This document shows, piece after piece, positions 52,932-63,583 of a stretch of 64,000 nucleotides of DNA (position 1 is the first letter of the stretch; each line of letters begins with the position of its first letter). The position numbers and the translations under genes are program-made. The notes under the pieces were generated by a model. That model saw only the letters and a program-made list of their open reading frames with translations, had not been told where the DNA came from and did not search any database. The stretch is taken from the NCBI GenBank assembly GCA_963788195.1, contig CAWBGA010000017.1, positions 768,001 to 832,000 on the forward strand, read 5' to 3'. The stretch is from Nitrospirota bacterium. Lineage in GTDB: Bacteria > Nitrospirota > Nitrospiria > Nitrospirales > NS-4.

Positions 52932-55736
52932 ATGGCCCGTCAGAACGAGCTTGTCGTCGTCGGCGCGCGACAGCACAACCTCAAAAACATCTCGCTGCGA
53001 ATCCCTCACGACCAGGTCACCGTCATTACCGGCGTCTCCGGGTCGGGCAAATCCTCTTTGGCCTTCGATACCATCTTTGCCGAAGGCCAGTGGCGGTATA
53101 TCGAATCGCTGTCGACCTATGCGCGCATGTTTCTCGAGAAGCTGGATCGTCCCGACGTCGAGCGCCTTGAGAACATCCGACCGGCCATCGCGATCGAGCA
53201 GAAAAATCAGGTTCGCAACTCCCGCTCTACGGTTGGGACGACCACAGAAATCGCCGATCTTCTCCGGCTCCTGTATGCCAAAATAGGCCGGCCTTTTTGT
53301 CCCGACTGCGGAACGGCGGCTCGTGCCTACCAGCCCGCAGACGTCGTCGACGCACTCCTCTCAGAACATCTGGACGACCGCGCCATAGTCCTGTTTGCAC
53401 TCCCGGTGGACTCCGCGTCGACACTCCATCTCCTCCTCCAGGACTTGATTCGTCGTGGGTTCAGCCGCGTTCAGCTTGATGAAGACGTGCTCGACCTTAC
53501 ATCCGATGCGCTCGACGTGATCACGTCAAGGTTGAAAGGCCGGTCTGAAATCCATGTGGTTCTCGACCGGCTGCGCATTCGCGCCGAGGAGCGATCGCGA
53601 TTAGTGGAAGCCATCGAACTCGCATTCCGCGAGGGCCACAACCGGTGTTTAATTCACCTTTTGGGCGTCGGGTTCCGTAGATTCACGGAAAGCTACGGCT
53701 GTCAGTCTTGTGGGCGCGTGTTTGAAAGGCCCAAACCCGCGCTCTTTTCATTCAATCATCCGCTTGGGGCTTGCCCGACGTGCAAGGGATTCGGCAACAA
53801 CCTTCGTTACGATGAAGACCTGATTATCCCGGACAGGAGCAAAAGTCTCGCCGGCGGCGCCATCGAACCCTGGACCAAGCCTTCCGCAGAATGGTGGCAG
53901 CAGCAGATGCTCCTGGGGTTCAAGCGCGGTGGCCTTGACGTCACCAAACCGTACGGAAACCTCACCCCTGAGGAGCGGATCTTTCTATGGGAAGGGACCA
54001 TTGGGAAAACGGGAAAAGCGGCCGTCGAAGGCATCCATGCTTTCTTCAAGTATCTCGAAGGTAAGCGGTACAAGCTCCACGTGCGGGTCATGCTTAGCCG
54101 TTACCGCAGCCCCTTCTCATGCGAATCGTGTGGAGGCACTCGGTTGCGCCCGGAGGCGCTGGCGGTTCGAGTCGGCGGCCGATCTATTCCTGAAGTGTCG
54201 AACATGACGATCACAGAGACTCAGGAATGGCTCCAGGCGTTGTCCCTCTCCTGCTTTGACCGGGACATTGCCAAAGATATTTTGAAAATGTTGCAGCACA
54301 AGCTCGGATTTCTGAACCGCGTCGGCCTGAGCTATCTTACGCTCTCTCGTCTCACCCGGACTCTATCAGGCGGCGAGGCGCAACGTATCAGCCTTGCCAC
54401 ACAACTAGGCGCCCATCTGACCGGCACCTTGTACGTCCTCGATGAGCCCACGATTGGTTTGCATGCCCGTGATACGCACCGACTTGCAGGTATCCTGGCC
54501 GACTTGGCGAAAGCGGGAAACACCGTTCTCATCGTAGAGCACGACCGGACTATGATCGAATCTGCGGATTTCGTGGTCGAGATGGGACCTGCCGCCGGAG
54601 AGAAGGGCGGTGAAGTGGTCAGGGCTGCACGTTTCCCCGAATTCTTGGCGGATTCGCGGTCGCTTACGGCTCGGTACCTGAGGGGGGAGGAGAACATCAC
54701 CCTTCCCCGCAGGCGTCGATCAGGAACCGGGCAATCGCTCATGCTGGTCGGCGCCCAGGAGCATAATCTCAAAAACATCGCCGTACGAATCCCCCTTGGG
54801 ACACTGACTTGTGTGACCGGAGTCTCGGGCTCCGGCAAAAGCACGCTTGTCCAGGACACTCTGTATCGCGCGCTGGCCCGCGCCTTTCAGCTGGAGAATC
54901 TGCCGATGGGCCGATTCGAAGCCATTCGCGGCATCGAGCATTTACACGGGGTTCGTCTCATCGACCAGGAGCCGATCGGGCGGACACCACGATCCAATCC
55001 GGTCACATATCTCAAGGCCTTTGACGATATTCGGCGTCTGTTCGCGGCGCTGCCGGAGGCGCGCGGCGCCGGGCTCACCGCCGGAGATTTCTCTTTCAAT
55101 ACGACAGGCGGCCGATGCGAAGCCTGCCAAGGCACGGGACTGCAAAAGGTGGAGATGTACTTCTTTGAAGACATGTACGTGACGTGCGAAGCCTGCGAAG
55201 GCCGACGCTTTAAATTGCAGGTGCTCAGCATCAAGTATCGAGGCGCGTCCATCCACGACGTTCTGAACATGACTGTGTCGGAGGCGCAGGCGTTCTTCTC
55301 CGACAGCATGTCACTCGGCGCCAAGTTGCGCCTGCTGTCGTCGATTGGTCTGGCCTATCTACGACTGGGACAACCGGCTACAACACTGTCAGGTGGCGAA
55401 GCTCAACGGCTCAAGATCGCGGCTGAGCTGGTCAAACTCCCGGCTGGCCGAAGGACGAAACAGCGGCTCTTGTACATCATGGATGAGCCTACAACAGGCC
55501 TCCACTTGGACGACGTGAAGAAACTCCTTGCCGTGTTGAACCGGCTTGTGGATGCCGGCCATACCCTGCTTGTGGTCGAGCACAATATGGATGTCATTAA
55601 AACTGCCGATTGGGTGATCGACCTAGGACCCGAGGGTGGAGAGATGGGCGGCGAGGTCGTCGCCATGGGGACGCCGGAGGAAGTGATGGTGGAGCGCGCT
55701 TCGCACACCGGCCACGCGCTAAAAGCTTACCTCTGA
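52932..55736 (+). CDS. uvrA: Excinuclease ABC subunit A
   Basis: GARQHNLKN, two GVSGSGKS Walker A motifs, zinc-finger CxxC pairs, LSGGEAQR twice and DEPT twice. Confidence 0.95.
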   Translation: MARQNELVVVGARQHNLKNISLRIPHDQVTVITGVSGSGKSSLAFDTIFAEGQWRYIESLSTYARMFLEKLDRPDVERLENIRPAIAIEQKNQVRNSRSTVGTTTEIADLLRLLYAKIGRPFCPDCGTAARAYQPADVVDALLSEHLDDRAIVLFALPVDSASTLHLLLQDLIRRGFSRVQLDEDVLDLTSDALDVITSRLKGRSEIHVVLDRLRIRAEERSRLVEAIELAFREGHNRCLIHLLGVGFRRFTESYGCQSCGRVFERPKPALFSFNHPLGACPTCKGFGNNLRYDEDLIIPDRSKSLAGGAIEPWTKPSAEWWQQQMLLGFKRGGLDVTKPYGNLTPEERIFLWEGTIGKTGKAAVEGIHAFFKYLEGKRYKLHVRVMLSRYRSPFSCESCGGTRLRPEALAVRVGGRSIPEVSNMTITETQEWLQALSLSCFDRDIAKDILKMLQHKLGFLNRVGLSYLTLSRLTRTLSGGEAQRISLATQLGAHLTGTLYVLDEPTIGLHARDTHRLAGILADLAKAGNTVLIVEHDRTMIESADFVVEMGPAAGEKGGEVVRAARFPEFLADSRSLTARYLRGEENITLPRRRRSGTGQSLMLVGAQEHNLKNIAVRIPLGTLTCVTGVSGSGKSTLVQDTLYRALARAFQLENLPMGRFEAIRGIEHLHGVRLIDQEPIGRTPRSNPVTYLKAFDDIRRLFAALPEARGAGLTAGDFSFNTTGGRCEACQGTGLQKVEMYFFEDMYVTCEACEGRRFKLQVLSIKYRGASIHDVLNMTVSEAQAFFSDSMSLGAKLRLLSSIGLAYLRLGQPATTLSGGEAQRLKIAAELVKLPAGRRTKQRLLYIMDEPTTGLHLDDVKKLLAVLNRLVDAGHTLLVVEHNMDVIKTADWVIDLGPEGGEMGGEVVAMGTPEEVMVERASHTGHALKAYL

Positions 55737-55753
55737 TCACGGGTCCTGGCGTA

Positions 55754-55839
55754 CTTCGACAAGCTCAGCACGTTCGGAAGGAAACCGTTCGCCCTGAGCC
55801 TGTCGAAGGGCGCTGCGCCCAGAGGAAAAGGACGCGTCT
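55754..55839. repeat. REP-like palindromic element(s) between convergent uvrA and recN
   Basis: CTTCGACAAGCTCAG (55754-55768) and CTGAGCCTGTCGAAG (55794-55808) form an inverted pair with 14/15 matches, followed by a GGACGCG-N6-CGCGTCC hairpin. Confidence 0.7.
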
Positions 55840-55961
55840 CGGCGCGTCCGGGGCGGGAGGGTGTAAAAGACCACTCGGCGCCACCCGCTTATTGATCCAG
55901 GATCGTTACGCCCTGCTTTAGTGGCTCCACAATGAACTCCAAGAGTAAGTAAGGAGATGGC

Positions 55962-57644
55962 TCAGGATTGATTAAGCATCTCCTTCGCGGTTTCACGAAT
56001 CTTGGGGGTAATGGTGGCGCCGCCGAGCATGCGCGCGATCTCATCCACGCGCGTAACCTTGTCCAACGCCGTCACATTGGTCACCGTGCGCCCGCCTTTG
56101 ATCACTTTCGACACCGCGAAATGGGATTTTGCCTGCACCGCAATGGGCGCGAGATGCGTGATGCAGAAGACTTGATGGCCGGCCTGGCTCAGCTGCTTCA
56201 GCCGCTTGCCGACGACTTCCGCCACGGCGCCCCCGATGCCGGCGTCCACCTCATCAAAAACGAGAACCGGCACCTGGTCCAGCGCCGCCAGAGTACTTTT
56301 GATCGCGAGCATCACGCGCGACAGCTCCCCGCCGGAGGCGATGCGACTCAGGGGCTGCGGAGGCTCTCCAACATTTGCCGAGAAAAGGAACTGCACCGCG
56401 TCCAGGCCGGTGGACTGCAACCCGGAAGCTGCATTGTCGCTCGGCTGCTCCACGATGATTCGGACCCGCGCTCGCTCCATGTGTAAGGCCTTCAACTCCT
56501 TCTCGAGCCGCTGTTCAAGGTCCGCGGCCGCTTTCACGCGCTTTCGTGACAACCCTTCCGCCTGCTTGCGGGCCATGGTGGAGACCTCCATCACCTCAGC
56601 AGAGAGCCGGTCCAGGTCGGCGTCCAGATTCTCGACCTCGTGAAGCTGCTGCTCGGCCTCACGACCCCGCCCCATGATCTCCTCTACGGAACCACCGTAT
56701 TTCTTCATGAGCCGGTGGAGAAGATCCAAACGTTCCTCGATTTTGTCCAATCGCTCCGGGTCGAAGTCCAGGCGATCCCGATAGTCCCTCAATCGGTGCG
56801 CGAGATCAGCCATCTCGGTGACGACCGATTCAAACCGCTCCCGATCGGCGAGAAGCTCCGTATCAATGGCCGCGATGTCTTTGAAGGGCCCGGCAAGCGC
56901 CCGCAATCCTTCGAGAACTGAGGGTTCCTCCTCGTCGAGGGGGCCATAGATCTGCTGAACGAGTTCTGCCAGGCGTCGACCTTCAGAGAGCAACAGACGC
57001 TCGTGCTCAAGTTCGCGATCCTCGCCGGCACGTAAATGAGCTCCGGTGATTTCATCAACCTGGTGGCGCAAAAAATCCTCGCTCGCCTGTCGCTCTGTTC
57101 TCAGTCTTTGCGCATCCTCCAGTCGTCTGTTCAGCTCCCGCATCGTGGCAAAGAGAGCGGCATACTGGGTCCGCGCCTCCATCAGGCCACCAAAGGCATC
57201 AAGCAACTCCAGTTGCACAGCGGGTTTGAAGAGAGATTGCTGATCGTGCTGGCCGTGGATGTCTATGAGAAGCCCGCGTAGAGCCTGGAGCACACCAAGC
57301 GATGCCGGATGGCCATTCACATGTATGCGATGGCGCCCGGAGCGAGCAAGAATACGCCGAAGGATGAGTTCCGTTTCCGGCAGGCCGAGAAGATCCTGGG
57401 CCTTCAGCATGGCGACGACTTGGCCGTCGTGTGGGAGGTTAAAAACCGCCGACACCTCGGCTTCCTCGGCGCCTGTTCGAATCAGGTCAGCCGAGGCGCG
57501 CCCGCCAATGAGAAGATCCAGGGCATCGACCAGGATGGACTTTCCGGCGCCGGTCTCACCGGTCAGGACAGTAAAGCCCTCTGAGAATTCGAGCCCGACC
57601 TCCTCTACAATTGCGAAGTTCCGGATGCGGAGCTCGGTCAGCAC
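55962..57644 (-). CDS. recN: DNA repair protein RecN
   Basis: TGETGAGKS, IHGQHD, ASGGELSR, FDEVDAGIGG and CITHL. Confidence 0.97.
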   Translation of the reverse strand: MLTELRIRNFAIVEEVGLEFSEGFTVLTGETGAGKSILVDALDLLIGGRASADLIRTGAEEAEVSAVFNLPHDGQVVAMLKAQDLLGLPETELILRRILARSGRHRIHVNGHPASLGVLQALRGLLIDIHGQHDQQSLFKPAVQLELLDAFGGLMEARTQYAALFATMRELNRRLEDAQRLRTERQASEDFLRHQVDEITGAHLRAGEDRELEHERLLLSEGRRLAELVQQIYGPLDEEEPSVLEGLRALAGPFKDIAAIDTELLADRERFESVVTEMADLAHRLRDYRDRLDFDPERLDKIEERLDLLHRLMKKYGGSVEEIMGRGREAEQQLHEVENLDADLDRLSAEVMEVSTMARKQAEGLSRKRVKAAADLEQRLEKELKALHMERARVRIIVEQPSDNAASGLQSTGLDAVQFLFSANVGEPPQPLSRIASGGELSRVMLAIKSTLAALDQVPVLVFDEVDAGIGGAVAEVVGKRLKQLSQAGHQVFCITHLAPIAVQAKSHFAVSKVIKGGRTVTNVTALDKVTRVDEIARMLGGATITPKIRETAKEMLNQS

Positions 57645-57653
57645 ATGGTTGAC

Positions 57654-57989
57654 TTACGCAGCAGGCGCCAGCAGTCGGTCGATAGCGTCTTTGAGGATCT
57701 TTTTGGGGACGGCCCCGACGACCTTATCCACCGCTTCGCCGCCTTTGAAAAAGAGCAGGGTGGGAATGCTCATAATCCCGTAGCGACTCGCGACGTCCGG
57801 ATTCTCATCCGTGTTGAGCTTCATCACCTTGAGCTTGCCGTTATACTCCGTAGCAAGCTCGTCTACGATGGGGCCCACCATCTGGCACGGCCCGCACCAC
57901 ACCGCCCAAAAATCGACCAGGACGAGGCCCTGGGCCTTGTCAACTTCCGCGCTCCAGGTCGCGGAGCTCACAGGGGTAGCCTTACTCAC
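57654..57989 (-). CDS. trxA: Thioredoxin
   Basis: DFWAVWCGPC and MSIPTL; GTG start after a GGAGG RBS. Confidence 0.95.
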   Translation of the reverse strand: MSKATPVSSATWSAEVDKAQGLVLVDFWAVWCGPCQMVGPIVDELATEYNGKLKVMKLNTDENPDVASRYGIMSIPTLLFFKGGEAVDKVVGAVPKKILKDAIDRLLAPAA

Positions 57990-58036
57990 GATGTTACCTC
58001 CGAAGGTTGCTAATGATGATGGTTGTTCTCGTGGAA

Positions 58037-58066
58037 ATCCTAGCCCACGCATCCAAACCCTGTCAA
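58037..58066 (-). promoter_or_regulatory. Putative sigma70 promoter of trxA-recN
   Basis: Minus strand TTGACA-N18-TAGGAT. Confidence 0.5.
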
Positions 58067-58096
58067 TGTCGGACATTCTCCTCTCGGAGCAGAGAT

Positions 58097-58179
58097 AAAA
58101 TGGGGTCAGACTCGATTTTTTCGTTGAGTCCATCCCACCCAGCGCCAAGCTTCCGAGAAATCGAGTCTGACCCCATTTT
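58097..58179. repeat. Perfect 22-bp inverted repeat with a 39-bp spacer (REPIN/MITE-like)
   Basis: AAAATGGGGTCAGACTCGATTT ... AAATCGAGTCTGACCCCATTTT, immediately after the lptD stop codon. Confidence 0.85.
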
Positions 58180-58183
58180 CTTC

Positions 58184-60397
58184 CTAGCGCAGCTTCTGGA
58201 TGTCGAGACCCAGCCGACCAAACAGAGACCGGTACAAACTGCTGTACGGCGAATCCGTATATCCCACCCCGCCTAACGTCAGGACGAAAGCATATTCTGA
58301 CGTATCTCCGGGACGTTGAATATAGAAGGCGCCCACGCCCCAGCAACGGTTCGCCCCCACATAATAGAGCCCGTAATTGATCTCCGGAACCACGCCATCG
58401 TTCCTGTCATAGTAGCCGCGGGTCACAAAGTAAAAGTTGTACGGCAGGGCGGCGCCAAACTGTGCCGCGTAGAAATGTGTGGTCTGTGTCTCCATCAGCT
58501 GTTCATTGAGCGACACTGGAGTAAATAGATCTCCCTTGACCGGAACGGTCCCGGCACGGGTAAAGCGTTCCGAGACCGTGAAGTAGTACCGCTTCGACAG
58601 CTCCACCGTGATATCGGTGTTAATCTGGACGACGGCAGATTCATAATAATTGTAGAAGGTGTCGATATCTATTGTGATGGGAACCGGCTTGATGGTACGC
58701 AAAATCAATTCTGACCGGAGATCCGAAAACGGCTTGCCCGTGGGAGAGGAGGTCAGGTGCTCGCTCTGTGTCAGCCGGAGGTACGCGAACTCCAGGTTTT
58801 GATACGTCTCACCGTCAAAAACCTTGGTCGAGAGCCGGTTCGTGAGGCGATACGTTAGGAGGTTTTTCTTTGTCAGACGATCCAGGTCAGTGTAGACCGG
58901 GATTTCCGATTGGGCCGTGGCAGGGAGGTATTCATATATCAATGCCGGCTCGACTTTGTGCAGAATCGATTCCGCGCCCTTCCGCTGAAACCGCCGGGTC
59001 AGCCGCGTATCCACCAGGGTACTAAAATATGGAGCTTCCCGCGATATGGAGTCCTCCGACGAGATGCGGCGGTTGTAGAAGGTTTCCAGCAAGCCGAGCA
59101 GCGGCGTGATCGTGAAGTAGCGTCCCACCGACAGCGGAGTCCACACGCGCGGGAACAGCTCGACACGGCGACCATCCTCGCCTTCCTGGCGATAAAAGTT
59201 GTCGACGACGGTCTCGAGCGAGCTATAGAGCGGCAGGCTGCCCACCCGCATAGGCAGAATGCTATAACCGACCTCCGGCAGGGTCTGGAGGGTCGTCTTG
59301 TCCGAAAAGGACAGATTCTGCGAATAGCGCGTCAGTCCGTAGAGCACCTGGTTGTCCCAGCGCCGGGTTAAATAGGCGTTAGACTCCTGAAAGACTGCGA
59401 CTCTCTGCAAGATATTTTCGCTCAGGACACTGAGGTTATTTTCCTGATTGAGATAGTTAATATCGATCCGCCCCTGCAGATCCTCCGAAAACTTTGTGAG
59501 ATGGCGATAGAAGACGTCGATCCTGCTCACGCGGGTCTGCGAGTCCCGGAAATATTTCGTGAAGAGCCTGCCTTCAGAATCTTTGGAGAGAATGTAGCGA
59601 TACTCAAAATCGCCGCCGACTCCTAGGTTTCCCCGGTAGTCCAGGGCAACCGTCGCATCTTGGCTTGGGCTGATCTCCCAAAACAGCGCCTGTCGGATTT
59701 TGAAGCCTTGCTTGCTACTGGCGCCAACGGACGGAAAGAGCAAGCCGGTCGAGCGCTCGCGCTTGGCCGGAAACACGACTGCGGGCAGATAGAGGACGGG
59801 AATATCGAGGATACAGAATCGGGCGTTGCGGGCGTACAAAAAGCCATCGAGTTCCAATTGTGCGCGATCAGCCTTGAACTGCCAGGGGACGCGTTCACCC
59901 TCCACTACGCTGCACGTCGTAAATGTGGCGTCTTCGATCACGTATTGATCCTCGGAAAGTCGCTCGAGGACGCGGCCATCCAGGGTAAAATTGCCATCGA
60001 GCATAAAGATGCGGCCGTGAAAGATGACGCCTTTCGACGTATTGATATTGAGGTCCATCCGGTCTGCATGCATGTCGCGCTGGCCATCCTTGAGGTGCAC
60101 ATTTCCGACGGCAACCAATTGCCCCGTCGCCACATTAAGGGTCGCATCGTCGGCGACCAGACGCAGCGGTCCCTGAACCAGAATCACATGACCGGCTCCG
60201 TGATAGGTTTGCGTCGTCTTGTCGTACGTCAAGGTGTCGGCTTGGAGGTGTATCGGACGCGACGGGGCCGGTCCAGGCGTCGGGCCAGGTGTCTGCCCAA
60301 CGGCCGACCATACGGGCATCATGAGCAGCGCCGATAGAATCACCGCTTGAGCGGCGACCTTGCCCGTGAATCTCCGCGCCAGGCTCTTCACGCGCAT
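58184..60397 (-). CDS. lptD: LPS assembly outer-membrane protein LptD
   Basis: Signal peptide; OstA-like N-domain (LQADTLTYD); FTTC, VLYLP and RSTGLLFP; beta-barrel with late CW motif. Confidence 0.9.
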   Translation of the reverse strand: MRVKSLARRFTGKVAAQAVILSALLMMPVWSAVGQTPGPTPGPAPSRPIHLQADTLTYDKTTQTYHGAGHVILVQGPLRLVADDATLNVATGQLVAVGNVHLKDGQRDMHADRMDLNINTSKGVIFHGRIFMLDGNFTLDGRVLERLSEDQYVIEDATFTTCSVVEGERVPWQFKADRAQLELDGFLYARNARFCILDIPVLYLPAVVFPAKRERSTGLLFPSVGASSKQGFKIRQALFWEISPSQDATVALDYRGNLGVGGDFEYRYILSKDSEGRLFTKYFRDSQTRVSRIDVFYRHLTKFSEDLQGRIDINYLNQENNLSVLSENILQRVAVFQESNAYLTRRWDNQVLYGLTRYSQNLSFSDKTTLQTLPEVGYSILPMRVGSLPLYSSLETVVDNFYRQEGEDGRRVELFPRVWTPLSVGRYFTITPLLGLLETFYNRRISSEDSISREAPYFSTLVDTRLTRRFQRKGAESILHKVEPALIYEYLPATAQSEIPVYTDLDRLTKKNLLTYRLTNRLSTKVFDGETYQNLEFAYLRLTQSEHLTSSPTGKPFSDLRSELILRTIKPVPITIDIDTFYNYYESAVVQINTDITVELSKRYYFTVSERFTRAGTVPVKGDLFTPVSLNEQLMETQTTHFYAAQFGAALPYNFYFVTRGYYDRNDGVVPEINYGLYYVGANRCWGVGAFYIQRPGDTSEYAFVLTLGGVGYTDSPYSSLYRSLFGRLGLDIQKLR

Positions 60398-60497
60398 CCT
60401 GCGGCCGTGCCTGGTTGCGGCCTCAAGGCCGACCTGAGATCACTTTTTTTCTCGGATTTGGCTCGGTCAAGTTGGGGATGTCCGGCCGGCTGCCTGG

Positions 60498-61817
60498 TCA
60501 TCCCCATAGATCAGACACAGTGGTCTTTTCCAACATTGCCTTGGCTTCCCCGACCACCGCGAGAGAGCCCGTGATGCATATCGTGTCCTCATTCTTTGCG
60601 AGCGCGCGGGCGCGGGTCAGGGCCGTTGGAACCGAGGATGCGATTTCATGCGAAATCGCCAAGCCTGCGACAACCTCAGCCAATTCCTCAGGCTCAGCGG
60701 CTCGTGGATGCATCGACTTGGTAAGAATCACATGGCTCAAGGCGGGAACCTTCGCAAGCCGGGACAAGACTCCCCTTCGATCCTTATCGCGCATCATGCC
60801 GACTATGAGGATGAGGCGCCCTGCTGCCGGTGGACCTGCCACGTGCTGCGCGGTCAGGTAAGACGCCAGTACATCGGCCGCCTGAGGATTATGGGCACCA
60901 TCCAGGAGAATCTGTGGCTGCCACCCCGCCGCCTCAAGCCGGCCCGGCCAGTAGACGGTTCGAAGACCTTCGCGGATACTGGTTTCAGAAATGGTGATTC
61001 CTCGTTCCTGTACCACTTCAAGGACTGCCAGCGCGCAAGCGGCATTGTCTAGTTGATGGCGGCCCGCTAAGGGGCATGCCAAATGGGTATAGGACCGCGA
61101 GATCCCCCGATAGGAGAACTGCGACGAGCTTTCGCCTTCAGTCTCAAAATCGGCGCCGAGAGCACGTGAGGGAGCTGTGTGTCGAGAGGCTACGGCTCGG
61201 ATGACCGAAAGGGGTTGAGGCTCGATCCGTCCGGTAATGACCGGAATACCATGCTTAATAATCCCTGCCTTTTCCCCCGCGATGGCTTCGAGGGTGTCCC
61301 CCAGATACTGCTCATGGTCCAAAGCAATGGTCGTGATCACGGTGGCGAGCGGGGTGACCACATTTGTGGCGTCGAATCGGCCGCCCAGGCCGACTTCCAC
61401 CACAGCTAATTCGACGCCCGTTAACGCAAAATGCATGAAGGCCATCGCCGTTGTGGCCTCAAAGAACGTAGGTGGCTCCCGGAGGCGGGCGTCCGCCACG
61501 TATCGCACGATTTCCGTCAAGTCGCCCACGACCTCATGAGCGATCGGCGCGCCGTTGATCTGAATTCTTTCGGTAAAGTCCAGCAAATGGGGAGAGCTAT
61601 ACAGTCCCACTCGGTATCCTTGCTTCGACAGAACCGAGGCCGTGATCGCCGCAGTCGAACCCTTGCCGTTCGTGCCCGCGATATGAATCACAGGAAACGA
61701 ATGATGTGGATCTCCGAGACCGCTGAGCAGTGCCTTTGTACGGCTCAGGCCAGGCTTAATTCCGTGGCTCTGAAGCGCATAGAGGTACTGAAGACTGTTT
61801 TCGAACGCTGTAGCCAC
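60498..61817 (-). CDS. folC: Bifunctional folylpolyglutamate/dihydrofolate synthase
   Basis: HIAGTNGKGST, SSPHL, EVGLGGRFDATN, EKAGIIK, WPGR and DGAHN. Confidence 0.96.
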   Translation of the reverse strand: MATAFENSLQYLYALQSHGIKPGLSRTKALLSGLGDPHHSFPVIHIAGTNGKGSTAAITASVLSKQGYRVGLYSSPHLLDFTERIQINGAPIAHEVVGDLTEIVRYVADARLREPPTFFEATTAMAFMHFALTGVELAVVEVGLGGRFDATNVVTPLATVITTIALDHEQYLGDTLEAIAGEKAGIIKHGIPVITGRIEPQPLSVIRAVASRHTAPSRALGADFETEGESSSQFSYRGISRSYTHLACPLAGRHQLDNAACALAVLEVVQERGITISETSIREGLRTVYWPGRLEAAGWQPQILLDGAHNPQAADVLASYLTAQHVAGPPAAGRLILIVGMMRDKDRRGVLSRLAKVPALSHVILTKSMHPRAAEPEELAEVVAGLAISHEIASSVPTALTRARALAKNEDTICITGSLAVVGEAKAMLEKTTVSDLWG

Positions 61818-61897
61818 CGGTCAAGCTCATCCGGTGTGTTGAAATCGAAGGCTTCTATCACAAATGCGGGAGGCCTGCAACTCGCGGTCTTTTTTGT

Positions 61898-62767
61898 TCA
61901 GGGGGTCCGCGGGAGTTTTTCTGAGTCAGCGCGAAAAAATCCGATCAGATCGGAGACGGTCTCCTTCAATCGCCGGCGGGGCACAATGAGATCAATGATG
62001 CCATGCTCCAGTAAAAATTCGGCCCGTTGGAATTCCTCGGGAAGTTGTTGCCGGATGGTCTGCTCAATGACGCGCGGACCGGCAAATCCAATGAGGGCTT
62101 TAGGCTCCGCCACAATCACATCCCCGAGCATCGCGAAGCTCGCAGTGACCCCGCCGAAAGTCGGATCGGCGAGAATCGAAATATAAGGCACACGTGCTTC
62201 AGCAAGGCGCCCGACGGCCGCCGCAGTCCGCGCCATTTGCATGAGTGACAAAATGCCCTCCTGCATGCGCGCCCCCCCCGATGTCGTCACCAGCACCAGG
62301 GGCATGCGTGCGCGTAAGGCGCGCTCGGCGGCGAGGATCACCTTTTCACCAACGACCGATCCCATGCTGCCCCCCATGAAGGCAAAGTGGAAGACTCCTA
62401 AAGCCAGGCGCTGGCCATTGATGCGGCCTTCGCCGATCACGAGCGCGTCTTTCTTGCCTGTGCGCTCCTGACTATCGACCAGCCGGTCTCGATAACGACG
62501 CGTATCTTTAAAATGAAGAGGATCGGCGGGCGCGAGGTCCCGGTCCCACTCGCGAAAGGTGCCAAGGTCGAGGAGAAGCTCGATCCGGTCCTCCACCGAG
62601 ATGGGAAAATGGTATTCGCATTTGGGACAGACCTTGGAGTTGCGCTCCACTTCCTTCCGGTAGATGATCTCACGGCAGTGGTTACACTTGAGCCACAGGC
62701 CCTCTGACCCGCTGGGCCTTTTTCCGTCAGGGTCGGGCCCCTGGCGTTCCTTTTTGAACCAGGCCAT
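61898..62767 (-). CDS. accD: Acetyl-CoA carboxylase carboxyltransferase beta subunit
   Basis: C4 zinc finger, [16 protein letters not shown] and [11 protein letters not shown]. Confidence 0.97.
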   Translation of the reverse strand: MAWFKKERQGPDPDGKRPSGSEGLWLKCNHCREIIYRKEVERNSKVCPKCEYHFPISVEDRIELLLDLGTFREWDRDLAPADPLHFKDTRRYRDRLVDSQERTGKKDALVIGEGRINGQRLALGVFHFAFMGGSMGSVVGEKVILAAERALRARMPLVLVTTSGGARMQEGILSLMQMARTAAAVGRLAEARVPYISILADPTFGGVTASFAMLGDVIVAEPKALIGFAGPRVIEQTIRQQLPEEFQRAEFLLEHGIIDLIVPRRRLKETVSDLIGFFRADSEKLPRTP

Positions 62768-62769
62768 GA

Positions 62770-63564
62770 TTAAAGCGTAAGGACCTGGCCTTCCTCCACA
62801 AAATGGAGGTTCGGCACCTGCAAGGCCTGAATTTCAGCCTTAATGAGATCTCGGAAGGAGGGCTTCAGATGATAGATATAGAGGGCAATATCGGGACGGC
62901 CGAGCTTCATGATCTCGCGGCGGAGCAGATCTGGAGTTAGATGACCGCTCACTTTGGCGACGTTCTTGAGGTCATTGGGAAACGAGGTTTCAATGAACGC
63001 GGCTCGTAACCGTCGTTCCTGGTTCGCCACCTCCCAGATACGCTGAGTTTCTGCGGTATCCCCGCTGTACACAAAGGCCGTATTCTGATCGCGTACGAGA
63101 AATCCCACGGCGGGAACGGTGTGATTCACCTGTACGGCGATCACTTCAACATTCTCAAGCTGAACCGGCTTCTCGTCGTGCAAGGGTTGGAACAGCAGCG
63201 GAGCGTCCGCAACCGTCGGCAATCTGGTAAAGTCAGGGTATATCTCGCCATTGAAAATGTGCCGGCGTACCAGAGCCAGTACTTCGGGGAGGCCCCAGAC
63301 GTTGATCGGCTTCCCACCGGTCTTGCCCACCATATTGTCGGCAAGCAGCGGCAATCCCTTAATGTGATCGAAATGGGCGTGAGAGAGCAGGACGTGACGG
63401 ATCTTGTGCTGCTCGGATTCGCGCAGGCAGCTCGTAATGGAGCCGGCATCGACCATGCAGCTGTCGTTCACTAGAAATCCGCAAGCCCTGCACTCGTGGG
63501 GCTTTCCTCCGGTATCGCTGGCAATCAGCTCGGAGCCATGGCATCCGAGAATCCTAATGACCAT
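62770..63564 (-). CDS. Metallo-beta-lactamase-fold class II 3',5'-cyclic-nucleotide phosphodiesterase-like protein
   Basis: [43 protein letters not shown] and YHLKP. Confidence 0.85.
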   Translation of the reverse strand: MVIRILGCHGSELIASDTGGKPHECRACGFLVNDSCMVDAGSITSCLRESEQHKIRHVLLSHAHFDHIKGLPLLADNMVGKTGGKPINVWGLPEVLALVRRHIFNGEIYPDFTRLPTVADAPLLFQPLHDEKPVQLENVEVIAVQVNHTVPAVGFLVRDQNTAFVYSGDTAETQRIWEVANQERRLRAAFIETSFPNDLKNVAKVSGHLTPDLLRREIMKLGRPDIALYIYHLKPSFRDLIKAEIQALQVPNLHFVEEGQVLTL

Positions 63565-63583
63565 TACTGTGTGTCCAGAAAGA

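Noticed and set aside
57654..58346. 230-aa extended thioredoxin
   Set aside because: The extension runs through the inverted repeat and into lptD. The RBS supports the GTG start at 57989.
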